A stretch of 61,488 nt of DNA, the filler included, from Basidiobolus meristosporus CBS 931.73 (Eukaryota; Fungi; Basidiobolomycota), in NCBI GenBank assembly GCA_002104905.1. It is 3 parts of 3 records of this genome, joined end to end, with 100 filler letters (N's around TTAATTAATTAA, not from the genome) between each part and the next. Parts side by side here need not be neighbours in the genome. Positions count along the whole stretch, not along the records: positions 30,256 to 49,263 come from MCFE01001043.1; positions 49,364 to 61,488 come from MCFE01001255.1; 1 more part is not named here. One strand, 5' to 3'. The translations under genes were made by a program, and so were the position numbers. Every line of letters begins with the position of its first letter. Within the stretch, counting starts at the first letter, position 1. Shown here one piece after another: positions 47,078 to 59,011 of this stretch. The notes beneath the pieces are model-generated. The model was given only the letters and a program-made list of their open reading frames with translations, was not told the origin of the DNA and did no database searches.

Positions 47078-47770
47078 AATACATATGCAGTTCATCCAGT
47101 CCTTGCATTTGTATTGTTGCATATGTGTATAAGTATTGGTTGGTGCCTGTGTGAAGTACTTAGGGTGGCAGATACTCTGTAATATCTTGCCAATTCTTTC
47201 AATTTCTCCGGTATTTTGGAGCACTCCTTTGGCTTGAAATGCCCCATGTACAACTTGGTTATCAGTATAGGTAAATTGTTGAAAAGCAAATGCATTGCTC
47301 CCAGCGGAAAGCTTTTGCTCTAACAGAGGCCCTCTATCTAAAGTATCTCCGGTTTCCAGTTAATTCCATATTCTGGCCAATGGCTTATAGCTTGTCATCT
47401 TTACTGCAGTTGCATGCTGACTTCTGTACATTCTCTCTGCAGAAAGATGATGCTGTCAGTGCCTGTGCTTGGGTAATAATAATGTGTGTGAGTTATGGAG
47501 TAAGTCCCCTGGATCTCACACACTTGACAGCAGTACCATCCATTGTGCCCAGAGAAGCTGGCTATCTTGTGAAGGCTGGGATATCTTCATTGCAAATAAA
47601 ATTATGTGGTTTGACATGAGCAAGATGGAGTAGCAAATGGATACAGTAGCAGCAGATATCTATGCATTCAGCATTATGTTTGTAGTATAGCCACTCGAGT
47701 CCAGTCACAAACTCTTTGCATAAAAGCTGTAGATGTGTCAAGTTGCATTTGCAATCCACTTCTAGATAAA

Positions 47771-49263
47771 AGACTTGTTCCATTGTGCCGTGCCAGGGTG
47801 CGCGGCGCAATCCGCGGTTGTAAAGAATGATTGGGCGCAATATTATAGCTACCAGAAGGCAGGATTGTTCTTGGACGATTTTGCACTATGCGGGACAATC
47901 TTGCACACTATGGCACAATCTGACATGATGAGGTTGGCACGGATGATTGTGCCAACTTGCAATGTTTGCATCATGTGCGCAATTGGATACCGCTATAATG
48001 GCAGGTAAAATCCAGTATTTGGATATGTTTCTTTAATGTAAATGGAAATAAATGTGTATCACACTATAAACTACACTGATACTTACCATTTTGGTTACCC
48101 TCACTCCAATTGGACGGTATCTCAGTGGTTAATTGGTCCAAAAGTATCCTGAAGCTGGCAGCCCCCAATTGGCTCATTGACTACTGAAAAAGCTACCTGA
48201 TTTGCCATCAAATATCCCATTTTGCCCATTGAGCAAGTAAATCCCTGATCCTAGTGATTGGACAAGGTGTCATAGCTAGCACGCAGCAATTGTGTAGGTG
48301 CAAAACAGATCCAATAGCTGCACTGGTATTACAGATGACGTATATATATGCAGGGTGTTTATTTATAGGGGTTCTGTCTCAAATGTGAGACAACCTTAAT
48401 ATTCCTTATATCAAAAATTTGATGATCACTGATTTGCAATGGCTTGATTAGGATCGCAAAAAAAAGGATTGTTGGGATCATTACAAATGTGAGCAATTCA
48501 AAGCAATTGCATCATCTTCTCCTGGGTTTTTTTCTCACAGGGATTACTACTGAAGCATTTGGTAGTGACTCACTTTGCACACCTATGCTACTTCCTGGCT
48601 GACTATCATCTTGGCTACTAGTGTATTTGTAGTCAGTATTTTGCCTCCTAGTTGATGAGTGAAATGCTGCAGCTTGGCCGCGCTGAATTGCTCCGACTGA
48701 ACCAACTGAACCGGCCTGTAGTGCCATGCGCTGATGCGTTCTTTTACTTGCCAAGGGCTCCGGTGGTTGAGGCACTTCATGTTGGTCATCATCAGTCAGT
48801 TCACCAGAAGTAACTTGCTGATGGTCAGGCAAAACGGCACGCGCAGGTGTGCCTTGACACGTTGAGATGGCCTTTGGCTGAGTTTGATGTGATGCCGCAT
48901 GTTGACGCAACTTGGTCCGCTCCAATGGACTTGTGTCTAAATGAGCAGTTTGGCGAGTTCTCGTAGTTTTGTTCTGAAGCGCGCGCGTTGACCCAACACA
49001 CTTTGACTCAACGCGTGTTGACTTGACACGGGGCATTCTGGTAAAGGGTGTTGGTGTGGTCTGGACTTACGTGCGCCGGCACGCTGTGGTTGCAAGAGAT
49101 GGTAGGGAATCCAGCAAGGTGTGCTAGTGCAATCTGGACAATGTTGCTTGCGGTCTGTATTCTTCCTCCTGAAGCTCACCATCTGATTCCTCAAGGTATT
49201 CACTTACCCTCTGTCTGATACTTTGGAGCTGTTGCCTGGATGAGTCCTGTGTATATTGCTCTT
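47771..49263 (-). mobile_element. CpG-rich (young) Harbinger-like copy, ORF2-side end, cut by the gap
   Basis: Starts AGACTTGTTCCATTGTGCCGTGCC; reverse complement of about 5110-6588. ORF 48512-49036 ends RKKPRRR. Confidence 0.88.
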
Positions 49264-49363
49264 NNNNNNNNNNNNNNNNNNNNNNNNNNNNNNNNNNNNN
49301 NNNNNNNTTAATTAATTAANNNNNNNNNNNNNNNNNNNNNNNNNNNNNNNNNNNNNNNNNNNN
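49264..49363. other. Scaffold gap with artificial six-frame-stop spacer
   Basis: 44 N, TTAATTAATTAA (49308-49319), 44 N. Confidence 0.95.
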
Positions 49364-51664
49364 TGAAGTGAGTTGAATCAATTTGGTGCAATCAGCTTTG
49401 TTTATCTGATTTTCCATGCAGTATGAATAAATCTCCATCAATTGCCATGTATTGCATCATTATGTTGCAAAAATCAACCTCAAACAGTAACTTGGTGTTT
49501 TTATTGATGCTTTACTCACAAATCTGTAATCAAATAAGAAATCTGTAATTGATGTGATTGGATCTTTGTCAATGCAATCCAAGATGTATCATGCATAATA
49601 TATGGAAAATTCAGCAATCACATTGTATATTTGATATAAGACCAGGTTGATGCCAATATACTACTGTATAAGTATCCAAGTCCATCACAATGGTCCCTAT
49701 ACTAAGCCTCAACTCATCTTTAGTACAACCCAGATAAAACCCATTCCCTAGCTCACAAGCATGGTCTGGACCAGAAAAGTCAATGTTGGATCTGTTTGAG
49801 TTCTTGCCAAATGATTGTAGTATGGCCCAAGTGTCTATGATGAGCCTTCATACTGATATTTGTGCACTACTCATTTATCTAGCAGAGCTAGATACCTCAG
49901 AGAGTCAACAGAGATGGAAGAATATGAGGAGAAAGCTGTTGCATAAGTTCTGCATAAAGATGCCAGTAGATGTATGTAGGAAGATATATAACAAGACAAC
50001 TATTGAAATCAACAATAAGCTGTGAGTGAGGGGATTTGAGGAGGAAGCTGTGTGGGAACAATTTTGTATGCAATTTGCGCAGTGCAGGCCAGATGTGTCT
50101 GTTTGTGCCTCAAGTTTTGGAACCAAAGAGATTTTGAATGAGCTTTTGCCTCAATTGACTAATGTACTATGTGATTTATCAGTAGAGCTAAGTGGCTTCT
50201 AAGAGCAATATACACAGGATGCATCCAGGCAACAGTTCCAAAATATCAGACAGAGGGTAAGTGCATACCTTGAGGAATCAGTAGGTGGGCTTCAAGAGGA
50301 AGAATACAGACTGCAAGCAACAGTGTCCAGCTTGCACCAGCACACCTTGCTGGATTCCTTGCCATCCTTTACAACTACCACACACTGGCACATGTCAGTC
50401 CACACTATGCCAACACCCTCCACAAGAGCACCCTGTATTGAGTCAATGCACATGCTTCAGAGCAAACCCACCAGAACCTGCCAAACTGCTCATTTAGACA
50501 AAAGTCCATTGGAGTGGGCCAAGTTGCATCAACAAGCAGCATCACATCAAACTCAGCCAAGGGCCATGCAAATGCATCAAGTTGCACCTGTACATGCTGT
50601 TACTCCTGACCATCAGTAAGTTACCTCTGGTGAACTGACTGATGATGACCCACATGAAGTGCCTCCACCACCAAAGCCTTTGGCAAGTAAAAGAATGCAT
50701 TGGCATGTAGCACTGCAGGCTGGTTCAGTAACTTCATCCGGAGCAATTAAGTGCTGCTAAGCTGCCGCATTGCACTCATCAACTAGGAGGCAAAGTACTG
50801 ACAACAAATATGCAAGTAGCCAAGATGATAATCAACAAGGAAGTAGTCTAGGTATTCAAAGTGAATCACTACCAAATGCTTCAGTAGTAGTCCCTGTGAG
50901 AAAAAAGCCTAGGAGAAGATGATGCAATTGCATTGAATTGGTATTATTTGTCATGATCCAAATAGCACATTTTTTTTGCAATTTGAATTGAGCCATCACA
51001 AATCAATAATCACTATATTTTTGATATAAGTAATATCAAGGTGGACTCACATTTGAGACAGAACCCCTATAAATAGACACCCTGCATATATATACATCAT
51101 CTGATACACCAGTGCAGCCATTCAATCTGTTTTGCATCTACCCAACTGGTTGTGTGATAGCTATGACACCATGTCCAATCATTAGGATCAGGGATTTACT
51201 TGCTCAATGGACAAAATGCAATATCTGATGGCAAATCAGGTAGCTTATGTATTAGTCAAAGAGCCAATTGGGGGCTGACAGCTTCAGGATACTTTTGGAC
51301 CAATTAACCACTGAGATACCATCCAATTGGAGTGATGGTAACCAAAATGGTAAGTATCAGTATAGCTTACAGTGTGATACGCATTTATTTCCATTTACAT
51401 TAAAGAAACATACCCAAATACTGGATTTTACCTACAAAAATAGTGGTATCCAATTGTGCATGTGATGCAAACATTAGAAGTTGGCACAATCATCTGTGCC
51501 AACCTCATTGTGTCAGATTGTGCCATAGTGTGCAAGATTGTCCCACATAGTGCAAAATTGTCCAAGAGCAATCCTGCCAACTAGTAGCTAAATATTATGC
51601 TTGATTGTTCTTAACAACTGCAGATTACACTGTGTGCCCTGGCATGGTACAGTGGAACAAGTCT
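49364..51664 (+). mobile_element. Decayed Harbinger-like copy (intergenic region, ORF2, right terminal repeat)
   Basis: Collinear with about 4260-6588. Ends GGAACAAGTCT, followed by ATT and LTR-B sequence. Confidence 0.88.
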
Positions 51665-51912
51665 ATTTTCTTCTGGCCTACTTTTATACTACCCTTAGTT
51701 TGGTTTTATCCCACTTATCTAACTTCACCAGTACTATCCCATATGCCAGCTGGCTATCACACCTGCTTACCTTATTGCGTAAGTTATCCCTCACTTTATT
51801 TAAGATTACTTGATGTAAGTGCTTCTTTTTAGGCAGATATCTGTTCCAGTACCTGTGACACATGACCAAACTGTGTCATCATCCCTACCATATTCATACC
51901 ATATATGGTATT
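51665..51912 (+). repeat. LTR-B fragment
   Basis: Matches about 43305-43555 (CTATCACACCTGCTTACCTTATTG...CATACCATATATGGTAT). Confidence 0.8.
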
Positions 51913-54287
51913 CTGCCAAAAATGAAGCAAAGTTGTCAAGTTCCTAACCAAACCCAACCACTAACAGCAGCAGAAGAACAGTGGGACATCAGCTTGCTTT
52001 GTCATTCAGTGCACCAGCAGTGCTACAACCAAAATGGCCCTGTGGACAGTGTGCCTACTGAAGGAAATAATGCGGACTCCTCTGGCTCTCAGTCAAGTAG
52101 GCAATTGGGAATCTCTGCAGAGCTGCTAGCTGACCATATTGCTGAGGCAGATGAGAATGTAGCAAAATCAGTACCATCAATTGAAGAGCAGCAAGTGGCT
52201 GTTATGAGGTCACCACCATCTGTATTAGCAAATATGTTTTCAGCTCAAACAAAAGCACAAATGAGGCAATTAGGTGCAGTGGCTGATGGGATACAAACAA
52301 TGACTCAGAGATATCAGGAAATAGTCCAGAAGCAGAATGAGCAGATAAAAGGTGTAGAGCAATCAATATCCCAGGTAGAGAAAGCAGTATCTTTGCTGCA
52401 AGGAAGGAACTCAAGTAGCTCAGTGTCACAGCTAATAGTTGAGACATTTCCCAATGTAACAGCAGGGGAACATCAAACAGTTTTTGAAGCACAACATTAG
52501 TGCCCAAACATAAAGCCCACAGAAAAACTTATCACGGTATGGGAGGGAGAAAATGTAGTGCTTATACCAAAGCCTAAAAATCAAAGACATTGAAGATCTG
52601 TGAAGATATTGAGTGCAATGATGAAGTGTGGGCTAATACTCAAGAGGCTGTCAAAAATCCAGCATGCCATCACTTTAAGGCTGGCATACCATGGGACCAT
52701 CAGGAACTCAAGGCCAAGCAGAATGTGCTTGACATGCTCCATGCACATTATCCTGGATCTAAACAAGCAAATGGATTTTGGGTCAGCATTGGTATGCTAA
52801 GAAAGTATCTCAGAGGTAGCAGAAACTATCAAAGACAGAAGAACAACGGTGCAATGGCTAAAAATCAGTGGCTTCCTCAAGAGCCTGTTACAAGCAGGGG
52901 TAAAAGCTCCAAACAAGTGTCAAAGAGGCATCAGGTAGCTGGAAGAATGCTATTGAGGGAAAAGCAGGCCAACATGGATGCACCAGCACAATATTTACCA
53001 GGGAATATGTGTAGTTCTACTCAAGAAGCACCCAGTTAGTGTAGCTGTGAAGAACCTGGCAGTGATAAAACATGTGGTTATCTCAGGAGCCCTTCACAGC
53101 ATGAGCTGAGTGCTTAAGACAAGCAGAAAAGGAGCATCAAGTTGCCTGCAGAGTACCAGCAACAGATATGTAGGCTAAAACAGATGCATCAGAGCAGCAT
53201 TTATCAAATAGAAGACATAGGTCAATACAAGAAGCACTCAGACACAGTAGCAGTGAAAGACCTGGAAATGACAAAGGAAAAGGTAAAAGGGAAAAAGTCT
53301 ATCAAACTGGAGACATGGAAGCATAAGAGAAAGCTGCAGTTCTTGTCAATTAATGCTGTAAGCCTAGAGCAGACTGAATCCCATCATAGTCAAGAAGAAT
53401 TACCAACAAAAAAACAGCTGTTTTCACAAGAGTTGGAAGCGCAGCCAGTTGAGCTACACTCCAGTGAGGTAGATAAGTTTACAGAGAAAGGAAATTTGTC
53501 TATCATGGCCTCCATGTCCTCCATTTTTGACAGAGTTGAGATCCTACTGACAGACAAAGTACCAACATCAAGAACTCAAAAGGTTATTTCAATGCCTTTG
53601 GTGGAACTTTGGAACATTTATAGGCACACCAAGAGTTTGCCGCACTTCTTCATGAGCAGTGCACAAGAAAATGCACTTGAATATTGTAAGGACTTATTGC
53701 AAAGACTAGCAGAGGAGGTGCTAGACTTTGCAGTGCTGGCTGAAGATCAGGACATATGGGAACCAGTGAGTGAAAAGTTGCATAAAGCCATAGGGTTCCC
53801 ACCAAAGTCATGGAAACAGAGTGTTACTGCAGAAATATCAATTGAATGATGGATTTTAATACAGTTACTTGTTGAGTGTGGGGTTGGGCTTTAAGTTAGT
53901 ATAGGGTATAGGGACTTGTATAGGTAGCTACAATTGGCAATTGAGCTACACCTGAAGTTCCAGTGGAAATAAATTAATTTGTATGGATGAAAAGTAAGTA
54001 AAACAGGTGAGTCAGGAAGTAAGGAGTGCAAAACAGAGGCAATAGCCATTCAATGCATAAAAATTTAGGTGGTGATAGAGGGTCGGGGATCAGAAAGTGA
54101 GAAAATAGGCAGAGAACCAATTAAAAGCCACTTATGTATTGTTGTGATCAAAAATTTTGACTAAGTTTTTTGTGAAATCTGGGGTGCAATTATTTTTTGA
54201 CAGTCTTTACACAGTGTCCTGATGGCATCAATACCTCTTAGCCATGAGACTTTAAATCTGTGACAGCCTTTTGATGGGATCATTACA
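51913..54287 (+). mobile_element. CACTA-like gene Y (+) and Y-side terminus
   Basis: ORF pieces in 51862-52500, 52590-53039 and 53142-53849 match gene Y; ends GGGATCATTACA. Confidence 0.75.
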
Positions 54288-54586
54288 ATAACAATTTTGC
54301 ATAGGTCCACACAGATCTGCATGAGTTAGATCTATATTTTTCTTGGTTCTGATTGGCTCACTGCTCTTGAAAAGATGTCTGGCTTGTTTTCTGTATATGC
54401 AGGCCTCAGAGTGCTCCAAATCAGATGGGGTTCAACTTTTACAGCAGATGTTAGCTGATCTTTAATCATCTTAGGTAAATGATCAAGATTGCTGTGTCCA
54501 AATCTCCTGTGCCAAAGCATTGGTGTCTCATCATTTAAGTTACTTATTGGCTTTCAGATACAGTGGAATATATATCAACTTGTATA
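54288..54586 (-). pseudogene. Antisense copia A fragment (GAG-pre-integrase region)
   Basis: ORF 54332-54520 MLWHRRFGHSNLDHL... Confidence 0.8.
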
Positions 54587-57500
54587 TGTTGTAGAAATTT
54601 GTAATTGCACCTGAATATTCACCTAACTTAGTCACTTAGATCATTACCCTCAAATCCTAGAGAATACTGACCCAATTCCTTGTTGGGATTTACTTAGAAT
54701 ATTTTCACCAAAATACCAGGTACCCAGAACATGAAAATTCTCAAAGTTGTCCAAACAGCCCCTAACTTTGCACACATGTTCTTGGGACCTTCCTTAACCT
54801 ATTCTACATGTTTGTAATGCCAAGACCAGGTAAAAGTATAAATACTACTTTTACATTCAATAAATCATTAAGTGAGAACTACATCATCTACTTGTTCTCC
54901 AAATCACTTCCAATATCTCCAAGACTCTTACAACAGGCTATGAGTGCCAAGCTGTCACTCTCTGCAATGTCTACTACTGGTATTACTGGAATTTTTCCCT
55001 CTGCTGAAAAGTTGGATGGATCCAACTACCAAGTGTGGAAGGTGAAGATGAAGATGCTGCTACAAGAAAGAGGCCTTTGGGATATTGTCATGGGAGAAGA
55101 ATGCCCTCCTAAAAACTTGGGAGAGGAAGCCTCAAAGTACCAGAAGAAAGAACAAAGTGCCTTTAACTGCACTTGCCTTAATGTCAAGGACAATTGCTAA
55201 TTCAATGCTCAAGAGCAAAAACAGCAAAGAATTCCTGGAAAGCATTGGAAGACACCTACCAGTCATGTTCAGCTACCAAGAAAATGTATCTGAGATGAAA
55301 ATTCTGTACTAAAAAGATGCTGCCAGGAGAAGAAATGAAAAATCTAATTAATAGAATTACCCTGGTGGTAGATGAGATGGAATCTGTGGGCATACCAACT
55401 ACTGATGAGGATATAATAGTTACCATCCTGAATAGCCTGACAGACAAGTTTCAGGGCCTTGTATCATCCCTAGAGTCCAGAACTGAAGATTTGACCTTAA
55501 ATTACATATATGGAAGGCTCCTGGATGAAGAATTAAGAAAATCAAGCGCCAATAAGAAGGAAGAAGAAAATGCTTTAATAAGCAGTGATAACCAACAAAG
55601 GAGGTACCCAAGACCCTACAAAGGCAATAGCTACCTATTTTATAACTACTGCAAAAGGAAAGGACACACATCAGACCGGTGTCTCAAAAAGAAAGATAAT
55701 CAGCAAAAGAAGCCTGAATATGGAAATGCTGCAACAACTGAAGATAGACTATTCATATCTGCACTAAATATGACCACAAACAAGGATTCTCAGACGTGGT
55801 ATATTGACTCTGGAGCATCTCAACACTTTACACACCAAAAAGAACTTTTTGCCCAATATCAAGAAATTCCAATTAAGAGGGTTTTCATGGGTGACAATAT
55901 AACACTTAATGCAGTGGGAGAAGGAACTATCCAAGTAAGCCTTAGAAGCAGTGAAGGAAGCCATACACTGACCTTTAAAGAAGTACTCTATGTACCAGAA
56001 ATAGCCAAAAACCTACTCTCTGTAAGTAAGGCCACAGCAGAAGGACTCAGTTTCAGTTTTGACAATTCTGGATGCAGGATCACTGATCAAAATGGTGCCC
56101 ATATTGCTTTAGGCATCAGAGATCAGAATCTATACAAGTTGACTTATATTCCATCATATCTGGAAGCCAATATAAGTACCTTAAATGAAGAAACACCAAT
56201 GCTTTGGCACAGGAGATTTGGACACATCAATTTTGATTATTTGCGTAAAATGATCAAAGATCAGCTAATTTCTGGAGTGAAAATTGATCCCCCCACTAAT
56301 TTGGAGCACTGTGAAGCCTGCATATATGGGAAACAAGCCAGACAACCATTTAAGAGCTCTGGGTTAATCAAAACTAAGAAAAAATTAGATCTAATTCACT
56401 CAGATCTGTGTGGACCTATGCAAATTTTATCCTTAGGCAGGATGAAGTATTTAATCACTTTGATTGATGATTATACAAGATACACATGGGTCTACTTCAT
56501 GGAGAGAAAGGAAGAAGCTCTGTCTAAGTTCAGGGAGTTCAAAGCCATGCTGGAGAGAGAAACTGGTGAAAAAATCAAGAAAATACGCTCTGACAATGGT
56601 GGAGAATATACCTCAAAACTCTTCATCCACTTCTGCAAAATTCATGGGATAAAGCAAGAGACTACTGTACCATACTCCCCACAGCAAAATGGAGTAGCAG
56701 AACAAGCTAACAGATCAATAATTGATATGGCAAGATCTATGATCCATGATCAAAAATTATCCTATGATTTTTGGGCGGAATCAGTTGCCACTGCTGTATA
56801 CCTTAAAAATAGGAGTTATAACAGAATACTTTGTGATTCTACTCCATTTGAAGCATGGCATGGATACAGACCAAGTGCAGAACATCTAAGAATATTTGGG
56901 TGTACAGCATATGCCAAAAAACTGGCCGGAAATCAGTCAAAATTTGAGCCAAAAAGTGTAAAATGCATATTTTTGGCCTACTGCAGTGAGAGTAAGGCAT
57001 ACAGACTTTACAATACCTAAGCAAAGAAGCTGATCAAGTCCAGGGATGTGTTGCTTGATGAAAATTCAAAACTTTCACAAAAAATGACATCAGATGGTGA
57101 CAAAAATTTGATTTCAAGTCCACCAATTGTCAGGTTTGAATCAGAGCAAAACAATGAAAATTTTTTCACTCCAGAGGACTCTACAACCATGGTTCAGCCA
57201 GAATCAGTGCCCTGGAATATCCCAGAAGTGATCATTCCAGTACCAAATGCCTGGAGATCCAATCAGACAAGAAATAGCCCAAATTACAATATCAATGAAG
57301 GTACAAACTTAGCCTATGCCTATTCAGTCCATATTGATGAGCCCCAGACTGTAAAAGAGGCCCTAAATAGCCCTCAGACAAAGTTTTGGAGATCTGCAAT
57401 GACTGAGGAATATCAGGCCCTGATGGAAAATCAAACTTGGGACTTAGTCAAATTACCAATCAAACAAAAGGACTTGACTATACTGAGACCTTTGCACCAG

Positions 57501-58071
57501 TAGCCAAATTTAATTCCATCAGATTAAAATTGGCTATTGCAGCCAAGTATAAGTTTTTTGTTCATCAAATGGATGTAAATACTGCATTTTTGAGTGGGAA
57601 TTTGATGAGGACATGTATATGGACCAGCCTGATGGGTTTGCTGACCAAGATAACCCCCATTTGGTCTGCAAGCTTAAAAAGTCACTATATGGTCTCAAAC
57701 AACCACCAAGAGCCTGTAATTGCAAGATAGATTCTTATTTGGAATCTTTGAGTTTCAAAAGAAGTAATGCTATAGTATATACTATAGGCCAGATAGAGCA
57801 AATCCAGTTCTATTAGCTCTATATGTGGATGTTCTTATTATAGCCTCCAATAACCTAGAAACATTGGAAGAGACTAAATCCAGCCTATCTAAGGAGTTCA
57901 AGATGTCTAATCTAGGAGAACTTAGTTACTACTTAGGGATTAAGTTCTCCATAGACAGAAGTACCCAGACTATCATCCTAAGTCAATCCAAGTATATTCA
58001 AGATATACTAAAGAAGTACCAAATGGAAGACTGTAAACTGGCAGCTACCCCATTGGAAACAAACCTTAACT
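54587..58071 (+). mobile_element. Copia A5, 3'-truncated within RT (5' LTR 54587-54935)
   Basis: 349-bp LTR, variant PBS GGCTATGAGTGC, ORF 55317-57020. Has stops and a deletion in RT near 57465. Confidence 0.9.
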
Positions 58072-58914
58072 TAGCCTCTTTCTTGTAGCAGCATCTTTGT
58101 CTTCACCTTCCACACTTGGTAGTTAGATCCATCCAACTGTTCAGCAAAAAAAAAAGTTCCAGTAATAGCAGTAGTAGACATTGCAGAGAGTAGCAGCTTG
58201 GGGCACATAGCCTGTTGTAAGAGTCTTGGAGATATTGGAAGTGATTGGGAGGACAAGTAGATTATGTGATTTTCACTTAAAGATTTATTTAATGTAAAAG
58301 TAGTTTATACTTTTGCATTGTCTTAGCATACCAAACATATATAATAGGTTTGGGAAGGTCCTAAGTGTTGTAAAAATTTGTATTTCCACCTAAATATTCA
58401 CCTAACTTAGTCACTTAGATCATCACCTTCAAATCCTAGAGAATACTGACCAAATTCCTTGTTGGGATTTATTTTGAATATTTTCACCAAAATGCCAGGT
58501 ACCCAGAACATGAAAATTCTCAAAGTTGTCCAAACAGCCCCAAACTTTGCACATATGTTCTTGGGATCTTTCTTAACCTATTCTACGTGTTTGCAATGCC
58601 AAGACCATGTAAAAGTATAAATACTACTTTTATATTCAATAAATCATTAAGTGAAAACCACATAATCTACTTGTTCTCCCAATCACTTCCAATATCTCCA
58701 AGACTCTTACAACACTAAGAGCATGTGTGCAAAGTTGAGGCTGTTTGGACAACTGATCTAATTTTCATGTTTTGGGGTACCTGATATTTTGGTAAAAAAA
58801 ATTCCAAGTAAATCTCAACAAGAAGTTTGGTCAGTATTCTCTAGGATTTGGAGAAAATGATCTAAGCAACTAAGCTAGGTAAGTATTTAGGTGGAGATCC
58901 CAATCTTTACAACA
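58072..58914 (-). mobile_element. Antisense copia A 5' fragment (LTR 58213-58914, PBS, start of gag) carrying a nested solo LTR
   Basis: ORF 58071-58256 (-) is the gag start; the LTR is about 348 bp after removing the insert. Confidence 0.85.
58366..58714 (+). repeat. Solo LTR-A (349 bp); TSD CTAAG
   Basis: CTAAG at 58361-58365 and 58715-58719. Confidence 0.95.
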
Positions 58915-59011
58915 CCTTTTTATAGCTGCATCTTCATCTTCACCTTGCACACTTGCTAGATATATCCATCCAACTTTTCAGCTGAGGAAAAAATTCCAGT
59001 ATTAGTAGTAG
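58915..59011 (-). pseudogene. Further antisense copia A gag-start fragment
   Basis: Reverse complement of CTACTACT..GGAATTTTT..GAAAAGTTGGATGG..GAAGATGAAGATG. Confidence 0.75.

Larger units (their letters stand above)
38793..47770 (-). mobile_element. CACTA-like copy 4 (antisense), in pieces: 38793-39701, 45805-46343, 47078-47770
   Basis: Z terminus CTCTATGAAAAATAACTTGG, then transposase from its 3' end toward its 5' end. Continuous across copia A4 (TSD GTTAC) and the MITE (TSD AAT). A second copy appears to join near 47620. Confidence 0.75.

Noticed and set aside
47771-51664. Possible giant foldback made of two ORF2-side ends
   Set aside because: Flanks differ (AAA versus ATT), hosts differ (CACTA versus LTR-B), CpG ages differ, and a gap separates the halves; two independent insertions is simpler.
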